64,000 nucleotides of DNA from Adineta vaga (lineage: Eukaryota > Animalia > Rotifera). Where the stretch lies: positions 15,066,001 through 15,130,000 of the forward strand of contig CP075492.1 of NCBI GenBank assembly GCA_021613535.1. Direction: 5' to 3'. The position numbers and the translations under genes were made by a program. Positions 11,101 through 23,104 of the stretch are shown one piece after another (position 1 is the first letter of the stretch; every line of letters starts with the position of its first letter). The notes below the pieces were generated by a model. That model ran no database searches. It saw only the letters and a list, made by a program, of their open reading frames with translations, and was not told the DNA's origin.

Positions 11101-12853
11101 AAATCAAATATGTGAAAGTTCTCCATGTGAAAATAAAGGTTCATGTATTCCACATGATGATTTGATGTTGGGAAAGAAACAAAGATACTTTTGTATTTGT
11201 CCTAAAGGTTATAGTGGAAAACGATGTGAAGTAATTGATACTCAAATTGAGCTAATATTTGATAGTAATATTCATTTATCACATTCAATTTTTATTCATT
11301 TTATAAAAATTGTTCTACATGAACAACATGGAAATACCATTCCAAAACCCTCACCGGCCAGATTAACAACTTTACAAACCATCTCTCAAGAAACCAATTC
11401 GATTCGAATCTATTGGTCACATCCATTTCATTTGACTTTTATTGAAACATTAGATAAAAAATATTATTTAGCTGTTATTCAACCAATTTATAATTATTCA
11501 ACAATAATTATTCAAAGAATTAATTCATCTCATCGTTGTCCCTCGATTAATGAATTAATTAATCAAATATTTTCTCAACTTCATGTTCTTCATCGAATAA
11601 AATCTTATCATTTAATTTGTCAACAATATTCTCCTCATTTACAATGTTTTCATGATGATACTCATCTTTGTTTATGTTATGATTATCAAACAAAACGTCT
11701 AGCAAATTGTTTTTATTTTAATCATGCAATGAAATTTGATTGTTTTGGACAAAATCATTGTGAAAACGATGGTCAATGTTTTCAAGATTCATCCGATTGT
11801 CCCAAACGATCCATCTGTATGTGTCCTTCATGTTATTATGGAAGTCGATGTCAATTTAGTACAAGTGAATTTGGTTTATCATTGGATGCTATCTTAGCAT
11901 ATCATATTATTCCAAATATAAATATATTTCATCAAACATCAATTATTAAAATAAGTTTTTCATTAACAATAATCTTTATGATTGTTGGATTAATTAATGG
12001 TATTCTTTCATTAATAACATTTAAAAATAAGAATGTACTTGAAGTTGGTTGTGGAATTTATTTATTAGGTTCATCGATAACAACAATATTAACAATGATT
12101 TTCTTTGGATTAAAATATTTTCTTTATCTTTCAACACAAATCTCAATATCATCAAATCGTTTACATTTAAAAATTCAATGTTACTCATTAGATTTTCTTC
12201 TTCGAATTTGTCTCAATATGGATCAATGGTTAAATGCATGTGTAGCATTGGAAAGAGTAGTGACGATTGTTCAAGGTACGCAATTTGTGAAAAAGAAAAG
12301 TAAACAATTAGCTAAAAAAGTTTTAATTATTCTTTTAATATTGATAATTTTTACATCGATTCATGATCCAATTCATCGACAATTATTTGAAGAAGAAGAT
12401 AATGAAAATGAGAATAAGAAGCGAATCTGGTGTATTGTCAATTATTCTTCAAAGATGCATATTTACAATCGAACTGTAAATACACTTCTATTTTTTATTC
12501 CATTTCTAATTAATTTCATTTCAACAATTATTTTAATAATCAAAAAAACTCATCTAAAAAACCATCGATCTTCTAAAACAACATTATGTAAACAAATTTT
12601 TAATCATCGACACTTATTAACGGCACCTGTCATATTATTTATTCTTGCATTACCACGATTAATTCTTTCTTATTCAACCAAATGTATGAATTCAATAAAC
12701 GATTCATGGATATTTCTTGGCGGATATTTTATTTCATTTATTCCTCCAATGATTACTTTTCTCATCTTTGTTTTACCATCGAAATTTTATAGAAAAGTCT
12801 ATAAAAGCACAATTAGTAGTCGCTCAAACATCATCTATCCTTTTTCTCAATGA
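8135..12853 (+). CDS. Large LDLa-repeat/EGF-repeat 7TM receptor with class A GPCR C-terminus, intronless
   Basis: 1572-aa ORF: hydrophobic N-terminus, LDLa motifs (CDGKIDCLDGNYDE, DGQIDCLGGTDE, QKDCPYGDDE), EGF motifs (CPPSYYGNQC, CPKGYSGKRC), 7TM with CVALERV. Confidence 0.9.
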   Translation: MFPMKYLFYFNSIYSIIALLQTNLYFTNQVSENEYNDQIGIRYNCFRLASYINKENLIRAISSYCLSESALKFPIENDTSLQTFSFTKLEKMNITSEDLYIWSTPIDIIEQYQIYLETNDLSLAKQIFYNCTLPRFGPMCQYELYYFDENHASLYELIYSYYDEYFHIPINLTCYTHVKCYRGYSSACLDWTEICDGKIDCLDGNYDEEHCWQLEFIECQTSQYVCDIGECIPSEFVRDDENIFDCVDRSDEKQSDLGQIPSDIHYEPAFGYDDIRCENQFLTSSCLIFRHYLIAESMFSVKDESISDKCWLAFKCYFGFPHPEYPEIDNDIYRECIPTINETCPDILYIPNIPVFFGHIYTAFKNNYTLFDGNYILPYLCSNKSFTFASFDLVSDMLINNTMCFDISQFASTSVDTKYHWMDRYFAPINEIYRQIEEINSINNFSLHRCNESNLYQCLNSSKCISFHRIMNDVYDCPYYDDENIFEDKNPQLFAQLQYNYYKCHTTNKYISLAAINNQECDCGYLEDDLCEDENELKIFIQTTIPFQTICDRYRELYPITINGKNETDETECELWECNNIYTRCDNIWNCFYGEDEIGCDSTPSMFNCSSDHRICVTRDTSEFSCLPTNKINDGQIDCLGGTDEPLLCRSHSPHLTGEGGFYCRSNDTSACLGNYQLCNDQKDCPYGDDEQFCQKNRSITLNVEKFLRHISMHHRKMEIKHFTIQGFHESFGNEEKDEEILNVVNSKRYTRTSLLNNFRCHRGLDLRVWLNKSSTLYTSTCLCPPSYYGNQCQYQNQRVSLAIRFHASAQSRQTRFAILTMLIDDTNQRIIHSYEQFTYLSIRDCKIKFNLYLLYSTRPKHLNRTYSIHIDIYEKSSLTYRGSFLYPVKFFFLPVHRLAFIVNIPSEDDSYRRETCSDKKCLHGKCINYFNTKETFCQCEQGWSGQHCDISYNCTCSLSNSLCIGLSSNNRSICMCQQNYFGPLCYLRNQICESSPCENKGSCIPHDDLMLGKKQRYFCICPKGYSGKRCEVIDTQIELIFDSNIHLSHSIFIHFIKIVLHEQHGNTIPKPSPARLTTLQTISQETNSIRIYWSHPFHLTFIETLDKKYYLAVIQPIYNYSTIIIQRINSSHRCPSINELINQIFSQLHVLHRIKSYHLICQQYSPHLQCFHDDTHLCLCYDYQTKRLANCFYFNHAMKFDCFGQNHCENDGQCFQDSSDCPKRSICMCPSCYYGSRCQFSTSEFGLSLDAILAYHIIPNINIFHQTSIIKISFSLTIIFMIVGLINGILSLITFKNKNVLEVGCGIYLLGSSITTILTMIFFGLKYFLYLSTQISISSNRLHLKIQCYSLDFLLRICLNMDQWLNACVALERVVTIVQGTQFVKKKSKQLAKKVLIILLILIIFTSIHDPIHRQLFEEEDNENENKKRIWCIVNYSSKMHIYNRTVNTLLFFIPFLINFISTIILIIKKTHLKNHRSSKTTLCKQIFNHRHLLTAPVILFILALPRLILSYSTKCMNSINDSWIFLGGYFISFIPPMITFLIFVLPSKFYRKVYKSTISSRSNIIYPFSQ

Positions 12854-13227
12854 TATCTTACAATCATATATCAAACAACAAAATTATCGATTTCTTTTGT
12901 CTCTATATCTTTCTTCATTCAATAAAATAATTGACTTACATATTAATTTCTTTTGAAAGATAAGTTTCTAGATAATATTAGATTCAACAGAACTTTCAGT
13001 TCATCTCACACATTAAAGCAGCTCTACATTCACTCTTCATTCAGAGAGTGCCTTTGAGTATGTGTGATATGTTCGATTGTCACCAGACAATGCATGTGAT
13101 TTTCTCTCGTATTCGTTCGAATATTGATAAATACGAACGAGAGCATACATTGTTGGTGACAATTGAAACCAACATCATCGACGATCACTACAAATATCTT
13201 CAAACTAATCGGTACATTATTTCTAAG

Positions 13228-14182
13228 TTAATAATTAGTAATGTTATGAGGCTGTATTCGTGTTGTTCGTTGACATAATATTTGTAGTCTGTTGAGTAAA
13301 TATTTTCGAAGTTTGTCTGTAAAAATCAAATTGAGTAACATCCATAAACTGTATCCAAATGTGAGTGAAACAAAACCAACACGTTGTGCGTAAGGTAACG
13401 GTTGAGCATTAGGGAAGAATTGAGCACGAAGAAAGAAAATTAAATATGGAATACTTATAAAGAAGATTACACAAACGATGATCAGAAGTCGACGAATTAA
13501 ACGCAAATCACGATGTTGTCGATGTTGCGTATTGATGGGAAATGAATGTTGTCTTGTAAAATGTACGATTCGAACATAAATTGGAATAATCATAGAAAGT
13601 GGACAAAAATAGATAAACATTGCCAGATAGAGAAATATAACTAAATCATTCAATGATGCCTAAAATAAAGATCGATATCTATATTTCTCAAAAATTATTC
13701 TTATTTATTTACAAATCTACCTGACAAATACGACTGCCCGATTGATAAACAATACGGCCAGCTATTAGAGCAGGAATGGCAAACATGATTGAAATTAACC
13801 ATTGAATGATTAGTATGATTATCATGACTTGTTTTGATCGAAGATAACGTTTTGCTGGAAAAACAACAACAAATAATCGATGAAGTGCTTGAACGCATAG
13901 TGTTTGATATAGAAGACCGCTTGCCGCATGAAGAAGAAAACCTCGAAATGAACACAATCGATCATTTCCATCACTTAGCAATTGATAAATTGCCTGACAA
14001 GCAGATGTTACATTGATAATGAAACCAGCTATTGCTGAATTGAAAGAAAGGATGATTGTTATTGTATGAAATTGCTGATAAAAAATCACAATAATGATAA
14101 AGATCAGAGCACAAAAAATTCCAAAAATACTACTGAAAAACATCAGAAGAGATGAGAACGTCTCAAGAAATGTCATATTCAT
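13228..14182 (-). CDS. Class A orphan GPCR, 2 exons
   Basis: ORF 13709-14188 (TM1-4, QALHRL) and ORF 13228-13653 (TM5-7) joined by an intron of about 60 nt near 13660-13720. Confidence 0.8.
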
Positions 14183-15940
14183 CAACAAATGATATGTAGT
14201 TTTTTTCTCTCTTTCATATGAAGAAAATCTTTTTTGCTAATGGAATTTTAAATCTGTCAACTGAAACTTACTCATCTCAAGGCTGTGTTTTGTTATTATA
14301 TTATCATTCGTACTGTCTATCTCGCTTAATCTTTCTTGATAAATATGATGACGATTCTCTGTAGTCAGTACAATGCAGAAGATTTGACATAAAGTTCTAT
14401 AAATAGTTTTGATTCATGTACTGAATAACTTATGTGCAAATTGCAGTTAGAATCAGTTAAATCATAGAATAAACGATGTTCACCGAGATTTATTGTAAAA
14501 TATGGTAAAGATCAAAATATTACAGGAAAACGAAGGACTTTTCGCTCGATGTGTCCTTGTCAATTCGTACTGTCAAAATTGAATACAATATCCATTCGTG
14601 TTCTACAAGGTTCATTTTGTATTTCTGTAGCGCTATGAATTCGTACTATTCAGATATTTTATAGCAAAGTTCGTTCAATGGTACAAAAAGTAAATTATTC
14701 TTGACTTCAAAATCATCGTAAGAATCTGAAAATTCCATGGTAGGAAAACGAAAGTACATAGTGGTTCAATCCGTTTCGCAATACCAGGGTATAGTATCTC
14801 TTTCATTGATGAATTTATGTTTATCATCATCATCTATCAAGTGTTTCCAAATAGTAGTATCGAATGGTACATTTCTGATACTATTCACAATCTCGTGTTC
14901 AATAATATCCTAGAACATTAGAGTTTGATTTTAAAAATCTCCAATGCACAAAAAATTATTGAACTTCGTATTGAACAAAGTATTAATTATATCTAGACGA
15001 TAATAATTTGGTCTGAAGAAATTAATCTATTGAAAAATCTACTTTGAATCAAATTCAAAGTCATGTTAACTTTAATTATGATTATTCTATTTATTAGTTA
15101 TTGTACTTTTACATCTTCTCGTTTGGATATTGTTCTTATCATCAGTTTAATGGAATAACCAGTCCCAGAAATTATTCTAGAACTTCAGTATAAACGGTGG
15201 GTGAAAAGTTACTTAAATTCTCTTTTTTAAAAGGATGCTTAACATTTTCCAGAATCTGTGAATAAGAATAACGATGAGCATACATATTAATTCAATTTTT
15301 GTTCAATATTGAAACAAGTTAATGTATAAATGAATGCATTTCAAAAGAAGATTGTTTCAAAATTTGTCGTCATAAGCTTTAACCTCTTTACTTCCTTAGA
15401 AGTAGTTGTCATCGTACGACATTTTTATATTTGCAAATTATCTTTTTTGCAATTATGCATCGACAGTCATACTGTCATATAATCAATAAATTCTTCTGTT
15501 TACATGTCATTATAGATGAGTAATAACGTTATATTTATTGCTTTTTACATTTCTTACTTTACGTGGAAGAGCGAAACACATGTTTACCTGTAAGTTAGTA
15601 TATTGCGTTCATGGAACCCACGCGTGCAGGGAGAAAAACAGACGGTTATGCGTCAATAAGCATTGTAACAAGAGAAAGAGAAAATAACGTACTTTTTCAT
15701 CATCGCTCATTCTGATATATTTGTATTATCTTAGTCTATTAAAATTTTATCATAGTTGCTAGCAGGTTAGAAGGAGGAGAAAGGCGTCATTTATTCATTT
15801 GTGTAACATATGTAATGTACAAAGTCATCCGTTGACTTTAACTTGAGTCTCTAACAAATGCATTCGATGATTTTTCTCTTCGAAGAACTAAACATATATT
15901 TAATTTCAGAATAGTACGCGTAATCTACTGATTATTTATC

Positions 15941-17134
15941 ATGACTGGCTCTGGTGAACGTTTCACAGACATTGATGTGACAAATAAACGTTTACCAGCG
16001 TGCTATGGGTACATCACGTGGAATTTATTACCTATCGAACAAACTGTGACGGGCTTGACTGAGTGGCTGCCCGAAATTATGAGATTTATTAAGCTTGCCA
16101 AGAAACATTGTATGTTTCCAAATGAACATCAATTGAATAAAGATGAAGCGGCTGCAATTTATCTTTATACCATGGAACTGTCGGAAGATGAATGCATCTA
16201 TCGCACATTAAATCAAACTCTTCGTCTCGACGATCGGTCGAAAATTCGTCCATGGTTTCCGTATTTAAGGCTATTAGATTCAGCAGTATCCAAATTACCA
16301 AACGTTGAAGATGTTGTCTGGCGTGGAGTTGATAAAGACGTCAGTGAAGCATTCAAAAAAGGTCAAAAAATAACTTGGTGGAGCATAAGTTCATGTTCAA
16401 CATCGATAGATGTTATTTCAATATTTTTGGGCAACGCTTCTCAGAGTACTCTCTTTAGCATTAAGTGCTTGAATGGAAAATGCATCGCAGCCTACACATG
16501 CTTTCCAAATGAAAATGAAGTTATCTTAATGCCGGGTACAAAGTTTGAAGTTGTAGCAGATCCGTTACATCATCATGGTGGTTTACATATAGTTCATTTG
16601 AGGGAGATTGATGAAATTGAAAATAATTTGGAACAAAAAGAATTCATAGAATCAGCAGATCCACAGCCTTTGGCTGCTGCTTCTGTAGCAAAACAACTCA
16701 ACAAATTGAATTCAGGTAAGGAAAATGCATTACAAACGCTCTATAGAAACGTTGTGTGTGTGTGTTGATTTCGTCATCTATGTATATTCGTTTTAGACTA
16801 TAAAGTATTTGCGAATCCTTGTATTCGCAAAAAAATCCATTGTAAAGGTCGTCCTTGTTCAATATGTCACAAGTGTTGTGATTGGCATTTTAGTGGCGAT
16901 TCATCCGTTTGGAATTGGATATGTAATTACGAAAACTGGAGTGAGGCTGATAAGGATTTGTGGTACGGTGGTCGTTATAAACTTTTCACAAAATGTGATG
17001 CTGCAACTTGTGACCTACTTGTTCGTTTTGGCCGTCTGCTCGCTGGTCTTGGTCGTGATCTTGATGGTCGTTATGCTCGTCGTGGTGCTGCTTATGTACT
17101 TGCTCGTCATGTATGCCTATGCGAAATGCATTAA
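15941..17134 (+). CDS. ART-family (R-S-E, cholera-toxin clade) mono-ADP-ribosyltransferase with C-terminal Cys-rich domain, 2 exons
   Basis: AAAIYLYT, VWRGV, WWSISSCS, FPNENEVIL. Intron 16716-16796; exon 2 reads DYKVFANPC...CLCEMH* with TAA at 17132-17134. Confidence 0.85.
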
Positions 17135-17515
17135 CAAATTCAAAATGAATCGATGAGTGAGACTGTGAGTGTCAATGTAGTGCTCATGTGAAATTACAAA
17201 CGACTAAATCTAATAGTTCCATGTCTTATGATGTATTTAAAATAAAACGTGAGATTTTTCTATGCATTGTAATGCTTTATTCAATGTCACGATAGAAAAC
17301 GGTGCTGCGGAAGAACACGTGGTGAATGTAGCGCAAGACATTTTACATTCATTTACTTTGAGTTGCTAACGCATTTAAATGTGTTGTCAAATGCAATTTG
17401 CAATAAATAACTCATAGAAAAGAAAAAAAGTGACTGCTTATATGTAGTATGCATTCATCATATAAGTAAAATCTTTAATTGAAGCTTCAATCCACTTGAT
17501 AATATTCAACTGATT

Positions 17516-19061
17516 ATGCTATTATTTTTGGTCCTTATTTTTACATCGACGTTTATCTGTTCATTAGCAAATACTACCAATAAAACTAGAAATATTGGTC
17601 ATATAGTATTAATTACATCACCTTTCTATGGTCACATGATTCCAATTCTAGATCTTGCTAAACGATTAGCTGTTCATCATCATGTAACTTATATTGTATC
17701 AGCTTCAAAACTTGATATACTTAAACGTCGTGGATTCATTGATGGAAATGAAAAGAATGATTCCAGTCAATCAAAATTAGAAATTATTGGTTTATTCGAT
17801 GGCAACAATGATGATTATGAAGTAGGTTGAAGCATACTTCTATCATAATATTGCAAGAGTCTTTTTTTTTGCCCTAGGCTACTGATTCTACTGCTATCAA
17901 TCATATCCAATTAATACTCGATCGAATGCGTCAACCATTGCTACAACTACTCTCTCCAACATCGACTAAACCGACTTCCTCGTCGTCTCTTCCGTTCGCC
18001 ACTGGTTCGATTACTCGACCTATCAATTTAATCATTTCGGATCTATTTATTCTCACACCAGTATGGGAAGGTTACAAGAGAAATATCATCACATATTTCT
18101 TTGTACCTAACAATTTAAAAGCTTACATGACATATATCAGTGTATCGGTAGAAAGAATCAAAACTAACGAAGTAGGCTTGGACTTTGATCGTCTTTTACA
18201 TAAAACAATCTCTCTTTCCAATGGACTTATTTGTAATTCTATGCGTGAACTAGATAAACAATCATTAAAAGAATTAAGACAACAAACAGTACCTGGTTCA
18301 GATAAACCTATTCTATTTGTCGCACCACTCATGTCCGAAGATTTTCATCAAAAACAACATGTAAGTATCATTCTAATTCGTAGATAATCATTACCATTGA
18401 TTTGTTCATTCAGATTAGTGATGTTGATACGATCAAACAATGGTTAGATAGTCAATGGGAAAAAGCCAATCAAACTCCCTCAGTAATCTATATTAGTTTT
18501 GGTTCATGGGCTTATCTTCAACCAAAACAGCTCAAAGAAATTATTCGTGCTCTCAAACAATATCCTTTCATTTGGTCATTAAAATCAAATCTACAAGCAT
18601 CAATTTCATCATCATCATCGATCGATAAAGAGAAACATCTTCTTCTTCGATGGGCACCACAACGATTGATTCTTTCACATCCTGCAATACGTTTATTCAT
18701 TTCACATGGCGGTTGGAATAGTTTACTTGAAGGTATGTTAGCAGGAAAACCAACACTTATTTGGCCTTTATTTGGTGATCAGATCATTAATGGACAACGA
18801 TTAGAATATGAACTAGGCATGGGTCGATGTTTACAATCGACAGATCTTTCAAATGGTCAACGACTTGTTTCAAGCGATGAACTTGGACGATACGTAAAAG
18901 AAATGTTCGATCACGAGAAGGATTATGTTGAAAAGGCTCGAAAAGTTCAAAAGATGATGATTCGTGCACGTGAGAATAAATCCCGAGTAGACTTCGAGAA
19001 AATCATCAATATTGTTGATAATCAATTGGTTAGTCAGACGAACCGGCGCACCGAACTGTAA
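17516..19061 (+). CDS. UDP-glycosyltransferase (GT1), plant/fungal-type, with signal peptide and C-terminal RTEL; 3 exons
   Basis: GHMIPILDLAKRL, LIISD, VIYISFGS, WAPQRLILSHPAIRLFISHGGWNSLLEG...WPLFGDQ. Introns 17822-17877 and 18361-18413. Confidence 0.9.
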
Positions 19062-19099
19062 CTGTGTCTTTAACTTAATGTTAATAGCCAATATGTTTT

Positions 19100-20435
19100 T
19101 AATAAACGGATAAATTAGTAATACAAATTATTCTATAGAATTGAATGAAAAAAACAAATTGTATTTGATCTGAATTCTTACAATAACAAAAGGTAATTGT
19201 GATCCTATTGTCATTATTCAGAATAGAATTCGAATGATTGAAACGTGTTTGTAGTGTTTCTAACCATCCCATTGTTAATATTTTTGTTCCTGATGATAAA
19301 CGAGATTTTCTTGAAGTATAAACACAAAGATAATCCAATGAAGACATATGTGATAAAATATAATCAATTGAATACGTTTTTGTATCAACACCTATGGTTG
19401 AATTTTCACATTTCTTACCAAAAATTGATACCGCGTTTGTTCAAGTTGATATCTATTCAAACATTTCAAGATATTTTCATAGGATTGAAATTTCAATATC
19501 CGAATCTTTTGCTTTCCACAATCATCAGTTAATTTAACCAATTGACGTTTTCTTAATGTTAATGAATATAATCGAGATGTATGTTCTAATAAAAGTCGAA
19601 ATTGTTCCGTGGAAATATATTCGAAATCATCAATATGTAGTTGTTGTAATTTCATTAATGTGTGTAACCAATGTAGCGATTCAAATCGAGCATTAACTAC
19701 TAATTTAGTTCGATCAAAGTCATGATTTGGTGGACTAAAATTCTCGAATACTAATATTTTTACATTCCGATAGTTGGTTACATGTTCATCGCATGATAGA
19801 GTGAACATGAGTTTCGTGAAAGAATGTTTGCAAATTGTCAATTTTTCAATTGGACATGGTAATGTATAAAATATCGTATGTCTCCGACGATATTGATGTC
19901 CATCATAAGCAAATTTATGGCAATTAACAAACCATTTCTTTTCTTCCAGATAGAATGGTATTAAATATGATTTCATTAATCGTTTGATATCTTGTAATGA
20001 TATGGGATGAAACATAAAATAAAATTTAAATGTTTTCAATAATGCACATGATGAACAAATGAGTTGTTTTCATATGTGACCTAGCAAAGGCATTTTTCTT
20101 AATTGTATTTGTTAGATTTCAAGAGTGATTAATTGAGATAAGGAAATAAGAGAATCCATGATTAATAAATAATCTAAATCAATCATTAAAACAAGTTTAA
20201 GACGTTGGATTGTCAATGGCCAGATGAATTCGTTTTTCGTCTCGCAGACATGATTAATTGTATATTCAATTGTTGCAATTTGAGAGAAATTCTAAAAGAA
20301 ATAATTTTCAATTATATAATCCATCCAACATGATTTTTGATCGTTATTCAATATTCTCAATGATATCCACTGACTTGTATCATGTATTTGATAGACAAGA
20401 TTTCAATGAATAATTCATTAGGAAATCTTTCGAAT
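19100..20435 (-). pseudogene. Decayed F-box/LRR-like gene
   Basis: F-box-like FERFPNELFIEILS near 20435-20395 and fragment LKTFKFYF...FYLEEKKWFV...FYTLP; multiple frame breaks. Confidence 0.55.
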
Positions 20436-21093
20436 GAGGTTATTTCACTTTCCATTTTCAAAAAAAGAAACTTTTTCTTCTTGTTTTTCTTTATATTCTA
20501 TACATAACAAAAAGAACATTACTTTCATGAGCAACATCATATTTCCTTATTGCTTATTTCTTCATTACATTCTCGTTTTCATCAAGTATTTTGAAACTAA
20601 AAATATCCGACAACTCTGATTACGAATGAATAGAGATTAATTGAAATGGTTCTTTTCTACTATATGACCTTTTTTTTATTATTTTTGATTGACTTACTAT
20701 AAATAACAGCAATAATCTTTGAAAAATATTCAAATATACAATTACCGGTAAGAAAAAACTAATTGAACGAAAATAGGTAAATAACTTCCTTCGAGATAAT
20801 TGCTTTCTGTCATTCGACAATCTTCTTGTCTTTCTTGATCTCGAATGCTTTTAATACATGTAATCAATCACAACATAGAATACTATAATTATCACTAAGT
20901 CATCAGATATAGATTTAATGGAAACATCTGGCGTGTGTTTTTAGAAACATTTAGTGATTAAAAATGTTCACATGAGAGATTCCACATAAATTATATATAT
21001 ATAAGGAAAAAAGAATGTCGTTTTTCTAACACTTCACATTTTCTTTTCTACTCTATAACTAAAGAGAATTTCATTTGTGTTCATTTCTAAGGA

Positions 21094-22242
21094 ATGGAAT
21101 CCACTATTGTTTCATCAACACAACTTACTCGAAAAATATTAATTTGTCGTATTTGTGGTGATGTTGCACGCGGAATGAATTTTGATGTTATTACTTGTAT
21201 GTCTTGTAAGAATTTTTTTCGACGAAATGCTTTACGACCAGTCGTATGTGTTTCATCGTATTAAGATCATTATTGAATTGATTTATGTATTAGGGAACAT
21301 TACGATGTTTACGACGATTCAATTGTGAAATTAACAAAGAAAAACGTACTCAATGTGCCGCCTGTCGTTTAAAGAAATGTTTAACATTCGGTATGAAACG
21401 TCAATTAATTCAAGCATTTCATCAAGTAAAATTATCACAGATAAGATGAATTCTATGTTTAAATCAAATTCGTTTGTTTTTAGCCTCGTTCACTTGATCT
21501 TTTACAAAATGATCGTTCAACGTTGACAAGTGATCAGTGGACTCTTATTTCAAATATTATGAATTTACATGATACTGAAATACTTATGATTCAACAACAA
21601 GCATTACTTACGCAAGATTCAACACTTCCCATTCGACGACGAGCAAAACCAAGTTTAACATTAGATTTCTTTCATAATTGTCTTCAATGGGTACAATCTT
21701 TATTAAAACGATCAAATCATTATCAATCTCTATCCATTGATGCTCAACAAATTCTTCTAGAACATAATGTACGTTCTTGTTCAAGTCTTAATGGATTTCT
21801 TATTACACGTAAACTAATTATTTTAAATGATCCATAGTTACTTCAGTCTTTTATTACAATATTCGGTGAAGAATTACTGATAAAAATTTTTAAAATCCAT
21901 CAAAATTTAGATCATAATGATAGTTTAGTTAAACTTTTCTTATTTGTTATGTTATTTTCAAGTAATTGTTCACCATTAACATTGAATTCATCGTATTATA
22001 GTGAATCAGTATCAAATTCACTTGAACTTCTTCATATTCAAGATATTTTTGTTACGATATTATGGAAATATTTAGTTTATCAATATGGATCAATAGAAGC
22101 AACCATTCGATATGTTTTATTGGTGAAAACTATTGTTGATTTAATTTCTGTCAAAGAACAAATGTCGTCGGTTCCAATTTATGAAGAAATGATGAATGAA
22201 ACAATGTTAGAAATTAAACATTCATTGATTATACACAACTAA
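21094..22242 (+). pseudogene. Nuclear hormone receptor (NR1-like), 3 exons, one in-frame TAG
   Basis: C4 fingers CRICGDVARGMNFDVITCMSCKNFFRRN and C...C...RTQCAACRLKKCLTFGM. Introns 21244-21293 and 21426-21483. TAG at 21835-21837, with the frame continuing to 22242. Confidence 0.85.
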
Positions 22243-22939
22243 ATCAAAATATTAGTAAAAGACCTCATTAGCATTGATTAAGTCAATATACATACTGAGT
22301 GGTGATGAACGAGACAATTGATAAACCTTATTCTTTGTTTTTTCTTTTTGTATGCTCAAAAACTTTGCACTCGAAAACCTAAGTGCATCATTCACGTAGT
22401 AATTTGATCTATTTATTTTACTAATTTAACTTCCTTATGACATATGGTGTATTAATTCTGTCTTTGTAACATAAAACACTGACTTAAGATTATTAATGTG
22501 TAGTTATCCTTATTCGATTTGTTTATGGACTATCAAATTATGAAGACTTCCTTCTTTTTTTGAATAAAACTAAGACCTAGATTGACAAAAATAAATATTT
22601 TTGTATGAACCATCACACAGAGGGAACAATATAAAGTACAGATTTTGGGCGAGTAGCACACCAATATTCTATCTATCATTTACTGTATTCTGGTTGCTAC
22701 TGCTACACCTTACTCTCAATGTTAATGAAGAAGAAGCCATGAAATGAAATAGTTCAATTCCATCTATCGTTGTATTTCGTTTGAATGATAAAAAGTATTA
22801 TTAAAAAGTATTATTGGTATTATGCAAACAAGAACAAGGTGAAACATCTACAGATGATGAAGAAATCATTTTGGAAGACAATGCTGAACCTGTTTCTACG
22901 ATTGAAACTACATCAAGGAAACAGTGATCAATCTATTGA

Positions 22940-23104
22940 ATGGACTTGAATTTCGACAAATCGGTGAAACGTATGGGTATTGAAAGTGCTTGCCATACTG
23001 CCTGTCTGTTTACAGCTTTATTGGGATGTCTAGTTTGTTTAGCAGGTGAAGCTGGATTTGGTTTAGGTGCTTCAGCGTCTTGTGCTGTGGCGAGTTGGGA
23101 ATAG
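22940..23104 (+). other. Short ORF encoding KR followed by a Cys/Gly/Ala-rich hydrophobic peptide; possible relic of a prepropeptide gene
   Basis: MDLNFDKSVKR-MGIESACHTACLFTALLGCLVCLAGEAGFGLGASASCAVASWE*; acidic and hydrophobic segments lie upstream. Confidence 0.35.

Noticed and set aside
8245-12303. Many 60-100 aa ORFs nested in or antisense to long CDSs (here and throughout the window)
   Set aside because: They have no motifs and are expected from codon bias in AT-rich coding DNA.
14480-15200. Possible additional decayed F-box/LRR remnant
   Set aside because: Only faint coding-like fragments; no motif could be established.
16809-17156. 115-aa Val/Leu-rich ORF as a membrane protein
   Set aside because: It is a shifted-frame shadow of the NNT-rich ART exon 2; the splice phase selects the Cys-rich frame.
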